From positions 343,797 through 407,796 of the forward strand of contig NMRA01000333.1 of assembly GCA_002633005.1 (NCBI GenBank): a stretch of DNA of 64,000 bases. Reading direction: 5' to 3'. Positions 40,401 through 55,400 of the stretch are shown one piece after another (positions within the stretch are counted from its first letter, which is position 1; each line of letters opens with the position of its first letter). The stretch comes from Phoronis australis (lineage: Eukaryota; Animalia; Phoronida). Under the pieces are notes generated by a model. The model was not told where the DNA came from. It did no database searches and saw only the letters and a program-made list of their open reading frames with translations. Both the position numbers and the translations under genes were made by a program.

Positions 40401-43400
40401 TTTTACAGGGCCTTCTATTACTTGCACTTGTTGCATGGATAGTAAATACAAGACAAGAAACAAAGTGCGTTTAATGCAAAAAAGTGCTTTTCAAAAATAA
40501 ACGGGATCTGCATTAAACTTTTTTATGAAACTTCATTAAAGACACTAGACTTTTTTAGCGAGCTTGATACTGGTACACTCATAGTTACGACAATCTCCTT
40601 TCTTCTAGTGTGCAAGTATGAAGTAAAAGACAGAGAGAAATAACAAACAAACAAATAAAAACAGTGGCAGCACATGGTGGGAAGCCCACAACCCTATCGA
40701 AACAGAGCCAGCGTGTGGTACACACCTGTGAGCTATTCATTCAACACAGGTTTTTCGTGACTGATCAACAGTGATTCCAAAATCTTTAGCCGAAATATGG
40801 CATTAGCAACATAGCGAATGATGGTATTGTCTACTATTTATTGTCTAGTTATTTTTTCGGCCATGTTGGTGTACAAAGTGATCTTGAATGGACCCCCTGC
40901 AAGTGCATGGAGAACCATAGCGAGAGAGAACACACTGTGTGTCAAAAGTAATGCTGTTCACGAGAATGAGGATGAAGACATTCGTCCATATGACATGTGA
41001 ATTGGTAAACATTACATTTGGCCACTGGTCGTAGTTTTTCATGACTGGGGTTGTTTGTAATGACAAGGTAACGTGACTTTATGTTCAGATAATAATTTAA
41101 AATGACTGCATTCAATCTATCATCAGGTTTGACCACCTTAACGTTGTCCCTTGCAATCATCAAGCACATGTTCGTCAAACGTTAACAAAACCAACGCAGA
41201 GCGTTGAAATGCTCCCATGAATGCATCGCAAATGGTGTGCTTTTAGGGTTGTTTAATCATTAAAATGGCCACTAGATGGTGCAAAATACGTCGAATCTGT
41301 CTGAAAACCAAAAAAATGTCAATGTTTCTTTAAAAGAAAGCCATTTACCAACTTTAATTAAAATTTACCGAGGAACTTCAGAGAAACAGAGGAAAACAAA
41401 ATAAACGTAATTGCCACAAGGGGGCGCAGTGTTCATCGGATCCGTCTAAAAGTTGTCATCTTCTCTTATTAACTTCATATAAGTTCACGTGCTAATTTAA
41501 TAAAGATCCTTTAGAGGGCTTAGGAGATACAGGTATGGGTGCAAAAACACAAAACCGCCACTAGGAGGCACCACAGTCATCAGAAATCATCGGCAACCGT
41601 CCCCTTCATAGAAAGTACATGCATGCCAACTTTCACAATCATCCTTAGATTGGTTTGGTTGACTGAGGGACGAACACCGCAAAACAGACCCAAAAACAAA
41701 AAAATGGCCACTAGGTGGCGCAAAAAACCTTGAATCAATCCGAAGATGAATGGCTAGCGTCACCTCACTAACAGATGTCTATGTACCAAATTTTGTGGAA
41801 ATCCGTTAAGTACCTTTGAAGATACAGCGATAAACGGAAAAAACTAAAATTGCCACTAGGTGACACACCGGTAGACCGATCTGTCCGAAAGTCGTCGTCG
41901 TCTGTTGTCAACTTTATATAAATACAATTGCTAAATTTAATAAACATCCTGTAGAGCGTTTAGGAGAGACAGCCATGGGCGCAAAAACAAACAAAACTGC
42001 CACTAGGTGGCGCCACATTAGTCGATATCATCGGAAAATCATCGTCAACTGTCTTCTTCATAGTAAGACCATACATGCCATTTTTCACAATCATTCTTAG
42101 AGTGGTTTGGTTGTTAGAGGGGCGGATGCCAAAAAAAACAACTCGAAAATAGTAAAAATGGTCACTAGATGGCGCAAAATCCTTTGAAGCAATCCAAAAA
42201 CAGAAAGATTGCATCAGCTCATTAGCAGATGCCTATGTACCAAATTTCATGAAAATCAGTTGAAGACCTTTGAAGATACAGAGGCAAACGTAAAAAACTA
42301 AAATTGTCACTAGGGAGCACAGCGGTATACGGTTCGGTCCGAAACTAGTCGCCCTCTGTCGTAGACCCCATAGGAACACACCTGCCAAATTTCAATACGA
42401 TCCTGCAAGGAGTTTAGGAGATACAGCCGCGGACGCAAGACGCCCAGACAGAGATGACGGCAATATGCAACCACATATAAATATGTGGGCGGATAAAAAT
42501 GATTCCTTTCCACCCTTAACTGCAACAAGGCGAAACTGAGCAAAATGTATTAAAACGATATACTATAACAATAATGAATTTTATGGAAAAAAAATTTGAA
42601 ATTACAAACAACACAACAGACATCAACACAAATGCCTGTTAGTGAGTATTTAAGTAGTGAATCAATGCTGGAACACTGAGACAGCTAACTACATTTGAAA
42701 AATGCTGGAATGCTGAGTGATTTCTTAAGAAACAAAAGACAACACAACCTAACAGAACCAATAGCCATTGATAACAGATACTGACTGCCCTTACTGTAAA
42801 CATTCGTCAGACCTAATATGTCTCAGATAGTCTTCTTGACAGTTTATCAAGTGCGACCCCAATGGAAAGCAGTGTGAACTGATGGGGCTACCCTCATTCT
42901 AAATATTACATTAAAAATAATAATAACTAAATAAATAGACAACACAGTGACACAATGGTTAGTAAGATAAGGTATTACACTGAAGGCCCAGTTTGGGCTG
43001 TAAAAATATTCCTTCAATGCCAAGTGTCTCCAGAAGGTAAAAAGAGCAATGATTTAGTTATGAGAACTGCACCATGACTCAAGAATTACAGAAACGTGCA
43101 AACCATGACTATAGTTGATATAACAGAGGACTCAGGACTTATTATAAACAATAGCATAATTACTCTGCGCGTGCAAGCGCAGGGTGCTGTTGTTCCTGGG
43201 TTTTCTTCAATTTTATTCTTATTCTTATTCTACTTATTCTTCTTCCGACCAACTTCGAGGCTTAATAACTCCAAAATGGGTGCAGGTATGTTCTTTAAAT
43301 TCTGCATGTGATTTTTAGCAGTACATAAATTTTGATTCGTTATATAACCATATTCCATTTTGCACCGGAAGAAATCATTTGGTGCAAAGGTCATGTAATT

Positions 43401-46400
43401 TTCAAAATGCTACTTCTTCATTTTTAAAGCTATTCTTTTCAAATTCGGTGCACAGGTATAAGTCAATAAGGCAATTTAAAAAATTATTTTTCTAAGTAAT
43501 CGGGTCATCCAATCAGGTTAAATAGGTCAAAGGTCATTAGGAGCAAACTAAAATTTTGAGCTAGACACTTCAAATTAACAGGTCTGATTGGCACAGGTAA
43601 TTCAATTCGGAATCCAAAGTTTCAGTTCATTTAGTGCAAACATGGGGTCATTAGGTGCATTTTTCTTCTAAAAATTTGACGTATTCAATCAGCAAGTATT
43701 CTGATGTGTCAACCGTTAGACAACTGTGATTCACAGCATTAAACACATTTTTCATGGGCTTTGCAATAATTCTCCTAAAGACGCTTATAATGCACCAGAT
43801 AGGGTCAATTAGTGCAAAGGTCATGTAACATTCAAAATGTTATAGGTCTTTCATTTTTCAAGGAATTCTTTTCAATTTCAGCACACTGGTGTAAGTCAAC
43901 ATGCCAATTGAATACCCTACTTTACTTCGCAATAGGCCCAACCAATCAGAAAAAATAGGTCAAAGGTCATTGAATGCAAACTAAAATTTTGAGCTAGAGA
44001 CTTCAAAATTACATATCTGTTTAGTAAATGCGATTGAGTTTGAATTCTAAATTTTCAGGTCATTTGGTGGACCCATGGGGTCATTAGGTGCATTTTTCTT
44101 CTGAAAGTTTGACCAATTCATTCATCTTGTTTTCTGAAGTGCTTAAAGTAAAAAAACAGTGATTTTTAGCATTAACCACACTTTTAATCGAGTTAACAAT
44201 TACTCCCTCACCGGGGCTCATAATGCACTGGAAGAGGTCAATTAGTGGAAAGGTCATCAAAAAATTAATAAGTAATTTCTCCTACAATTTTAAAGAACTC
44301 CTTTTCATGTAAACGGGTTGCTGTCAGTAACTTACCATAATAATTCCAGTAATACGCACGCGCACAGTCCGTTATTGTCACGCCGTGACAATAATCTTTC
44401 TAGTTCATCATTGTCATACTATTAATCAGCTTAGCTACCAGTGCATTTATGAGTCAGTCGATCAATGTTCCTACCTTCAACCTCGGAAAATACTACACAG
44501 TAACATGAATCAGTGCATCCTAATTGTCTAACTATTTGACTGATTTGGACAAATTGCACAGAAATGTTCATGTTAAATTACTACAGCAATCAGGAAAAGC
44601 ATAAAATTTAAAATTCATTTTGGTATTTTTGTAAGATACAATTACAGATGCTGCACTTCATTGAAAAAAGAAAAAGGTAAAATAAATCGAATTGTTTTTT
44701 TTTTGATTTTTCGCCGATCAACTGATTTTTCACTTGATCAATCATTGATCACTGTAACTCAACATCTACTATATATTGTAGATTAAGAAATAACATGTTG
44801 ATCACATTCAAAATCAGTTATTGGTCTTTGTGCCTGGAGGGACTCTCTGACTGAGTGCACGAGGACTGCACTTGTCGGCCATGGAGATGTTATATAAACT
44901 CAATCTTAAAGAAACACTCAAACAGATATAAAAATGAAATTCAGGTGATCACACCTTCCCTTATTCGACGTTCACTCTTGCCCAAATTTCTATTTGAAAT
45001 CTGTACCCACTGCGGGTACATCAAAGAATCAACAAATAATCATTATTTTAAACATTCTTACATAAGGCCTAAATTGAAAGGAATTTTATTTTACGTCTAT
45101 TGACTTTTGAGCTAACCAGATAGTCCGAGCAAAGCCTTAGCATAATAAGAAAACGTGTGCCCGTGAAAAGATGAAGCTGTCTTTGCGGGTTTCCCAGTTG
45201 TTTGAATTGAAAGGTGATTTTAGCGGTGATGTAGACAAAAGCAAGCCAGTACACCTAACACTTCATTACATTTTGTTATGGCACAAGGGGGCTCAGAGCA
45301 ATGTTCTTGTGGGAACCAAATTTACAAGTGTTACCATTCAAGATAGGCTTTAAGGGAACAAGGTTCGTAAATGCAATAATAGCCTCTAAAGGGTGCAAAG
45401 CAAGTCAGCAGGTGGAGCCATCCAAAAATCATTAGCTGTGCTCTTCCCAGCAGGAACACATACGCCAATTTTTATAATGACTACTAGGTGGCGTGCAATA
45501 TGTCGCAACTATTCAAAACTGAGGAGGTAACACAGATTTTCTCTTTAATAGAAACATGTAACATAGATTTTCTCTTTAATAGAAACATATTTACCAAATT
45601 GCATGAAAATCCGTCAAGGAAATCCGAAAGTAGAGGAAAATTAAAATTGCCAAAAGGGGGCACAGTTGTAGTCAGATCCATTCGAAAGTAGTCTGCACCC
45701 ATTGTCACTTTCATGGAAATACATTTACCAACTTTAATAACATTCCTAGAAAAGGTTTACGAGATATAGCCACGGATGCAAAAAAACGAAACTGTCATTA
45801 GAAGGCACCACAAGGGCTGGAGCCATCCGAAAACCATCATCAGACATCCTCCTTTCAGTAGGAACACAGAATACTAATTTTTAAAATTATACTGGGAGTG
45901 GTTTACGCCATACAGAGGCAGACGCCAAAACTTGCAAACAGTAAAAATGGCCACTAGATGGCACAAAATATTTCAAATGCATCCGAAAACGAGTGTTGTT
46001 GTCTCCTTACTAGAAACCTATTGTCAAATTTCATGAAAATTTGTAACTCTGATGATAGAGAGGCACACCGGTATTCAGATCCACCTGAAAATCCAGTTTT
46101 GTCATCCCACCCAAGACACGAACATAAAAATCATACAAAGATGTCACAGCTCCAAAATGCAAAAAAGAAGAAAACAGACACTGTGATATCTTCTTACATA
46201 CAACTCTGACCATAAATATCTAGCTACAAGTCATGTCAAACAGACACTGTGATATCTTCTTACGTATAACTCTGACCATAAATATCTAGCTACAAGCCAT
46301 GTCAAACAGAAAAGGCAGCCACGTCGTGCACATAAGAGACAATTAATTTATAGGTGATCAAGACGACCAGCAATAGCGCTGCTGGTGTTGTTACCTACCT

Positions 46401-49400
46401 GTATGACAAACATTACTACACTTGTTGTTACCTACCTGTATGACAAACATTACTACACTTGTTGTTACCTACCTGTATGACAAACATTACTACACTTGTG
46501 GTTCCTACAGCTTAGTGTACGACCACAATGCTGCTCACAGTTGGGACAGTTACCACCACAGCACTGGAAAAAGAACAAAATCAACACCAGATGTCAGTGA
46601 GTTGGTTGTCATATTGGTCAAGTGTAATCAGTGAGTTCTAGTGTTTATGATCATTTTAAACACCAAATAATTCTGAATTTCCACATCACATGACTGCATT
46701 ACTTAGTATCCAGGAGAAATTCTCACTGCAACTTTCACGGAACATATTACATAGAACTGTTCATGTAAAATGTGTCCACAGTAAAAGACAACACATATCA
46801 AGACTGACACAATGTTCATGTAAAACACGTCCACAGTACAAAACAACACATATCAAGACTGACACGCTGTTCATGTTAAACATGCCCACAGTACAAAACA
46901 ACACATATCGAGACTGACACACTGTTCATGTAAAACACGTCTACAGTACAAAACAACACATATCAAGACTGACACACAGTTCATGTAAAACATGTCCACA
47001 GTACAAGACAACACATATCAAGACTGAGACACTGTTCATGTAAAACATGCCCACAGAGATTTTTTAAAAGTGACATTTAATTATTTTTCAGAAATAATTG
47101 TGTGCAGTGTAAGACCATATGATTTTGTCTGATTTAACTTGAATTACCTTTGATGAAACACACCAGTTTCACCAGACACCATAGCTCAGACTGTCCCACT
47201 TTAATTTTTATGGATACGCCTGTTCATAAGCAAGTGGTTGCAAATGTGATGGTTGTGTTTTATATGAAAATGAGGCTTATGGATGTAACCTAAATTCAAT
47301 CATCAGTCCATATTCACACTTAACGCATAGTTTCACAGGTTTCATTTATGACTCATTAAATAAAATAAGTGAAAATATGCGTTAAGTGTGAATATGGACA
47401 GATGATTGAATTTAGGTTACGTCCATAAGCCTCATTTTCATAAAAACACAACCATAACGCTTGCAGCCACTTGCCTACGAGCATCTTATAAAACTACTGC
47501 TGGGAGTAGACACTTGACTAAACGAGCAGACTAATGTACCACAAAGTGGATAACCTAGAATTAAATATATTGCCATCAAATACTTGCATACAGGTTACCA
47601 CTAACACATCAGGCCATGACTGAAAAGTGAATTTAAAGCAGAATTTACCTTGCGTTTACACTGGTGTTTACCACAGTTTCTGGTCTTGAGACACTTGACT
47701 TCACACAGAAACTCCTTGTAGCATGGCACCTCCTTGACCTTTGACCCACACCGGCACCGCTTGGTAGACATTTGGCGACACTTCATGATATTAAAGAAAT
47801 AAGTTAACATAAAATTGCAGCTAATTTTTAATCAATATAACTTTATTATTCATCTGGTTTATTTCCGGATTCCGACATAAATTTTATGTTCCTCAACATT
47901 TTATGTTCCTCAACATTTTCAGAAAACAATTGTTAACAGCAAGTATGAATACCAAGGAAACCTACCAGTCCACAAGGCCCCATGTGACATCTCTGAGAAC
48001 ACTGGTGTAGACCACACTCCAACATCTTCCCACAGGTGTCGCCACAACACGGTACATCTTCTGTACATGGTAACTGGTAAGCTGCAATAAACCACATCAA
48101 GTAGTATGATAGGAAAAAGTACATGAAACGTTTTAAGGTTAACTCAAACCTTATTCAGTGACCTCCATTTTAACTTGTATATAAAACACTAGGCTTTGTC
48201 AACTAACGTATATTTTCTGAAAGATAAAAGATAGGGAAGATAAAAATATGTCTTATATCATTTTATGTGTCATTATTTATTACACCTTTTTTAAAGTAAA
48301 ATTTCCAGATATTTAAAGGTACATTCAGAGCAAAATAACCCCTTGGCCGGTTTTAATGAAACCTTTTTTAAATGAAAACTTCACCAGCTACGTCAAAAAA
48401 ACGCCATTAGGAATTTTCGATTCGCCTTTTCGTTTCATTCCTATGACAAATCAACTTGCAAAACGCAAGGTATTTTTATGAAAAACAGAAGTCTTATTCG
48501 TCTTTGTTACATTACGCAAAAACTAGGCCTTAATATCAAAAATCCTAAAATTGTTTTCTAGATTGATGAATAAATATTAAGTTTGGTAAGTTTCAGTGAA
48601 ATCCACCGAGCCATTTTCGAGAACTCGTGTTCCTAAGTTTAAATTACGTTGATTTGCCGAAGCCGAGAAAATCTCAAGGACTTTGTATAACTGTTTGATG
48701 AAGACTTCTTTGTTTTTAGTCATTATAACCTATACACCCTTTAGCCACGTTCTTGATTTCAGCATTCACTCACCATGTCATCTAAATTTGCAGTGTGGAA
48801 TTAACTTAATTATCACAAAAACCTTTAATGTAAACCAAGTCGATCTCTCCCAACTAGGACAAGGGCGTAGCCAGCATATTAAGTGGGTCAAGCTGGTGCA
48901 TTGTGGTCCACTTTGAAGTAAGTCAACAGTTCATTGTTAGACACACCACGTGCTGTACGAAATGGATACGGAAATCGGGTCGGTGGTTGACGCATGTCAT
49001 GAGCATGAGACAAAAACAGTGAAATGTTATATAACACAGTCACTTTAAGGCATTTGGGCAAGCCTTTATCTCTTTATACAACTTGCTGTGTTCGTGAACA
49101 CAAAGTCACAGAGGCATAAGGCGACCCATAGCATCCGTTCGCAATGGTCGTACGCATGCAGACACACAACTCCCAAAATTAAAACTACGTTCTGTTTTTG
49201 TGTTTTTCCCCAGCATCTTTCTATCACATGTACACATTGTTGATGCAATGTTAAGGCAAATCGGTGAATGAAAGGACTGAGGGTACATACAGAGCTGTTC
49301 TGTGCCTGGTGGGAGATTCTATTTGAGCGAAAGCCATGCAACCTTTGACCTCAGATAAGTAGTAAACAAATTTCCATGCAGTTGTGCAGTTCCAAGGTGG

Positions 49401-52400
49401 TTCTGCTGAATCTTTTTTTTCACTACACGGTTTATTTTTCGTATTTGAAGTTCTCCGAGAATGAAGATAAGGTACTTTGCTAGACATATGTGAAATATTG
49501 TAAAAATGGCCAATTTTTGTGAACAACATTGAGATATCCTAAAATCAGTTGAAAATGTAGCATTTTAAGCTACGTAAATGCACATGAAAATGCCTTGGCT
49601 AACTTGTTCATTGAATGTGCTGTTCTGTTATCCTCCCAACAAATGCCTTGGCTAACTTGTTCATTGAATGTGCTGTTCTGTTATCCTCCCAACAAAAACT
49701 GTAGCTACATATCACAAGATGTTTCATCAAAATTGGAAACCCCGAATAAACAGATATCCTTGAGTCAAAAACAGACTACCACACCTTCAATTTGAAAACA
49801 GTTAACGAGCCTGAAAAACACAAAGCCCGACCTTCAAAACAGGAATCCCGGGGACCGAAACACCACTCCTGCACTTTCTGTCAAACTTTGTTTATCTCAA
49901 GAAAATAGTATGATGAGCTGAAGTACACTTTTTTGAGGGCAAGAATGGTGAAATTGGTGACGATGCAGGTCTTTTGAGTGAATAATTCACACGGTCCATT
50001 TCAAAATCGGGAAATTGATTATGCCATAAATAATGTACTCTTGACAAGTATTAATTCACATGACAAACCCTAAAATGCAACCAGTTGTACAGATATTTAA
50101 AGGAAGTAATCAACAATTTATTTATTTATTTATTATTGTGATATTTAAAATGAGGGTGGCCCCTTCAGTGATAGCACTGCTTTCCAAGAGGGCCCTCAAC
50201 AATAGCACTCAAAAGTTGAAATTATATTTGTTTTTCATTTTTGAAAATATTATTGGAGAAAGTATTGAATAATCTAAATTTAACTAAATATTCACAAAGA
50301 ATGCAACATGTTAAGAGTATAGAATATGTTGATTCACCCGGACATGTTGCATGAGTTTCACTGATAATATAAGCTATGATTTATTATTGACAATGTTTAA
50401 CAAACAAATGCAGAAAACCACTGGAAAGTACTTGAAGGTGCTTTAACTTAGAGTTTGATGCTACCGACACTGTCTCAAAAAATTTGAAAAATTATTCCGG
50501 TTTCATGTCCCATCTCTGGGGTTCATATTGTTCAGGCTAGTTAGCTGTTTTGTAGGAACGGGAGTATGTTTTCGACTCTGATGAGGATTTCTGTTTTACA
50601 TCAGGATTGCAATTTCGATGGAGCATCTTGTATCTCTGCTTGACACAACCATACAAAACATAACAATCAATAAGTAAGTAAACATTCCAAGGAAATGATT
50701 TACAGAGCAAACATTATGGCCTAAAGATCCAATTTGTGCTTTGTATTGGTTCCATCTACTTTCAATCAACGAGAATTTGTCATAACTTGCTGCAACCATT
50801 TTAATAGTGTTTAGAATGAAAATCAAAACTTTAACAAACTTTGGAACGTCACAAAGTCAATCTAATACCTATAGCTTTCATCTTGTGCGAGAATAAACTG
50901 TTGTAATAAGTTCGAAACAGTTGGTTACAAAGAATTTTGCCATGACTGTTTTCATGCTCATACCTCAAGTAACAGACAATGCAATGTACTCATAACGCAA
51001 AGAACAGTGAAATGTTGACTTACATGATTTCCCACACGGACACCTGCGATTACCAGACCGTGGGCACGGGCCACAGTGTCCTTGGTGACAAACCTCTTCA
51101 CAGGTGTGCTGTCCACAAGACAACACTCTACCACATACCTAAAGAGATACAAAATTAGTAAGCTGCTAAAAATTGCAGACCATTTTTTCAACTTTAAATC
51201 TCTCATTTAGTTGATATTTGAAATACTGTGCTTTAATTTGCATTTATGTTTGTTCTAACGTTTCTCATGTACAGTGAAAGATGAACGTGTACTGTATTCA
51301 TCCATAATATAGTAAAAATAAAGATAAACAAAGTACTAAATTAAAAATAAGAACCCCAAGTTAATGTACAATTTCCAATGCCTCACCGACTCCTTAATGG
51401 AAGCTTATTTGCTGTATTTCATGAAAATCCGTCAAAACACTCCAAAGATATAGACTCAAATGTAAAAAAATTAAAATTGTCAGTAGGGGCACAGTGTTGG
51501 TCAACCACCAGAGCCAATAGGGGTGGAGCGCCATAGCATGCACCCACAAAATTATATAAATATTTGAGCACATAAAAATGGCAAATAGAACAAGTCAGCT
51601 CCATCAAAAGGTATTGTCATTTCTACAATAGGAACATATTTGCCGAATTTCATGAAAATCTGTCACAGCACTTTAAAGATACTGACTAAGGCAAATGTAA
51701 GAGAAATAAAGTTGCCACTAGGGGGCACAATAGGCGTAGGATTGGCCTGAAACTAGTCATTTGTCGACAACTTCATAGACCTAATTCACGTGGCGGACAT
51801 TAAAATCCAAAGTGAGGCTCACTGCGATAAACAAAGCGGAAGTTGACATTGCGTGAGTTGAATGGCCAGTCTTTCGAGTCCAACCTGGATATTAAATCTT
51901 AAAAATGTGTTGATAATTAACCACACAGACGTAGAAAAATACATTAGAGAACAAGACAATGCATCAAAGAGTTGACTGACGAAAGGGCATGAGTTTTTTT
52001 TGGAAAAACTAGGTTCGAAAAATGAAAAGTAAATATGATCAAATTGCGGCAATCGGGCAATCGATTAGGAATTATGCTGTTTCTTCTTGTAAATTGTTGA
52101 TAAAAATGCTTTCAACACGAACCAGTTCCTCTGCTCGTATTTTTGATGAGTTGAAGATATATTCAACAGTGGTGGCTCATCCCATTTGCTGCCATGTGCA
52201 ATTAGTCACATCTGGTTTAATTTGTTGATCAAGAATATTAACATCAAACATACATGTAGCCTATAGGTCCTGGTAGTGTAGTAGGGACTACCGGGACTAA
52301 CAGTTGATTTGTCTGAAAGAATAATTGATGCTGATAAATACATTTTTATTCAAATAAAAACCAGGTTCGTAATTAAAAGTAAAAATTATTTGACCATCAG

Positions 52401-55400
52401 TTCTGCTTTCTTGGTTTTAATAATTCTTACATCTATTTCATGCCTGTGTTAGGTTTCAAATATCAATCTGGGGACCAAGTTGAATTTTAAAATTAAAACA
52501 CCTAATTCGTCCGTTCAAAGCATATTTTAACCTCGATTTAGAGCTCAATTCCAGTTAACTGGATGGAGCAAGCATACTTACCATGTTTCTTCAGGGGCCC
52601 CAATCATCCGAGGGGAAAGGTGCCTGTGCCTGACTGGGGGAATTTTTTTGCGAGTGAGGGGGATAATCTACCTCCCACCCTGTTGCAAGCTCTCATAAGC
52701 TCTGTCTCAAATAGCAATTTGTGCTCTTGTCACCTGTGTGGTTACAGGTAATTTGAACTTAGGAGGGAAATTTTCAATCACTAGGGAAATTTCAGGCCTC
52801 GTTGGGGGAATTTCGCGAGATTTTTTAATATGTTTGAGAGGGAAATAGGGCCGATATTCGGCCCCAAAATCGAGGGATTGAGAGCCCTGTCCATTTGGAA
52901 AGAAAAATGCGTCATGTCTCAACCCGTAGTCACTTCATGAAAACACAGCCTGGCTGGCCGAAGATTCACCGGTCATGATGCTCGGCAACCAAAATGCAAC
53001 AAAATATGATCTAACTTTTTGAAACGTTTATAAATTTTACACGGAAATATTTTGTTTCGTCGCGGCGTATAGCAACGACCCAGCGCTTCCGAAAAGTCCT
53101 TAGGGATTGTAAAACAGACAGTTGAGTGTCCGTCTATTTTCGATTGCCTTTCGAGCAAAGCGGAATACAACTATGCTGATAAGCCAACAGAGCTATCGTA
53201 GCAAGCCTTATTTTGGGATGCGCCTCCTGTCAGCGTGAATTAGGGGCCCATTCCAAGTAACTGACTTAAGTTCATTTTTGACTTTCGTCTAAAATTTGCC
53301 TTAACTTCCATACTTTGAAACTTTCACATCCGGTAAGATAGTTGAAATTAAGACAAAACATTTAATTCAAACTTAAGATCTCTTTCTTGAAATGGTCTCG
53401 AGACAAATTTAAGTTTTATCTTAAACTTTACTAAAATTTAAGATTTGCCTTAGCTAAGTCACTTTTGTTGGAACGGGCCCCAGGTCTATAGGGACACATC
53501 TACCACATTTCATAACGTTCTTGCAAAGGTTCAGGAGATAAAGTAGCAGACGCCCGACAGACATGACAGCAATATGCACCCACATATTATAGGGTTGCAT
53601 AGTAACGGGAAAGCAAGGTTTGGAGGTAATTCATGATGTATGTTATAAGGGAAGAGTCACTCAACAGCCAAACTATTATAGTCCCCACAAAACAACAAGA
53701 GCAAAATTAAGAACAGCTTGTAACAATGAANACTTTAACAAACTTTGGAACGTCACAAAGTCAATCTAATACCTATAGCTTTCATCTTGTGCGAGAATAA
53801 ACTGTTGTAATAAGTTCGAAACAGTTGGTTACAAAGAATTTTGCCATGACTGTTTTCATGCTCATACCTCAAGTAACAGACAATGCAATGTACTCATAAC
53901 GCAAAGAACAGTGAAATGTTGACTTACATGATTTCCCACACGGACACCTGCGATTACCAGACCGTGGGCACGGGCCACAGTGTCCTTGGTGACAAACCTC
54001 TTCACAGGTGTGCTGTCCACAAGACAACACTCTACCACATACCTAAAGAGATACAAAATTAGTAAGCTGCTAAAAATTGCAGACCATTTTTTCAACTTTA
54101 AATCTCTCATTTAGTTGATATTTGAAATACTGTGCTTTTGCATTTATGTTTGTTCTAACGTTTCTCATGTACAGTGAAAGATGAACGTGTACTGTATTCA
54201 TCCATAATATAATAAAAATAAAGATAAACAAAGTACTAAATTAAAAATAAGAACCCCAAGTTAATGTACAATTTCCAATGCCTCACCGACTCCTTAATGG
54301 AAGCTTATTTGCTGTATTTCATGAAAATCCGTCAAAACACTCCAAAGATATAGACTCAAATGTAAAAAAATTAAAATTGTCAGTAGGGGCACTGTGTTGG
54401 TCAACCACCAGAGCCAATAGGGGTGGGGCGCTTTAGCATGCACCCACAAAATTATATAAATATTTGAGCACATAAAAATGGCAAATAGAACAAGTCAGCT
54501 CCATCAAAAGGTATTGTCATTTCTACAATAGGAACATATTTGCCAAATTTCATGAAAATCTGTCACAGCACTTTAAAGATACTGACTAAGGCAAATGTAA
54601 GAGAAATAAAGTTGCCACTAGGGGGCACAATAGGAGTAGGATTGGCCTGAAACTAGTCATTTGTCGACAACTTCATAGACCTAATTCACATGGCGGACAT
54701 AAAAATCCAAAGTGAGGCTCACTGCGATAAACAAAGCAGAAGTTGACATTGCGTGAGTTGAATGGCCAGTCTTTCGATTCCAACCTGGATATTAAATCTT
54801 AAAAATGTGTTGATAATTAACCACACAGACGTAGAAAAATACATAATTTAGAGAACAAGTCAATGCACCAGAGAGTTGACTGACGAAAAGGCATGAGTTT
54901 TTTTGGAAAACTAGGTTCGAAAAATGAAAAGTAAATATGACCAAATTGAGGCAATCGTGCAATCGATTAGGAATTATGCTGTTTCTTCTAGTAAATTGTT
55001 GATAAAAATGCTTTCAACACGAACCAGTTCATCTGCTCGTATTTTTGATGAGTTGAAGATATATTCAACATTGGCGGCTCATCACATTTTGCTGTCATGT
55101 GCAATTAGTCACATCTGGTTTAATTTGTTGATCAAGAACATTAACATCAAACATACATGTAGCCTATAGGTCCTGGTAGTGAAGTAGGGACTACCGGGAC
55201 TAACAGTTGATTTGTCTGAAAGAATAATTGATGCTGTTAAATACATTTTTATTCAAATAAAAAACCAGGTTCGTAATAAAAAGTAAAAATTATTTGACCA
55301 TCAGTTCTGCTTTCTTGGTTTTAATAATTCCTACATCTATTTCATGCCTGTGTTAGGTTTCAAATATCAATCTGGGGACCAAGTTGAATTTTAAAATTAA

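Noticed and set aside
40664-40740. tRNA-like sequence on the minus strand
   Set aside because: Only TAGCTCA is recognisable and the B-box is degenerate; at most an old SINE head.
48315-50100. Possible further Kolobok-like element starting TTAAAGGTACATTC
   Set aside because: No matching right TIR was found and no protein motif was confidently recognised.
50958-51206. ORF-track protein MRDLKLKKW... (also 53862-54110 and 60204-60482)
   Set aside because: Wrong-frame translations over real NFXL1 exons.
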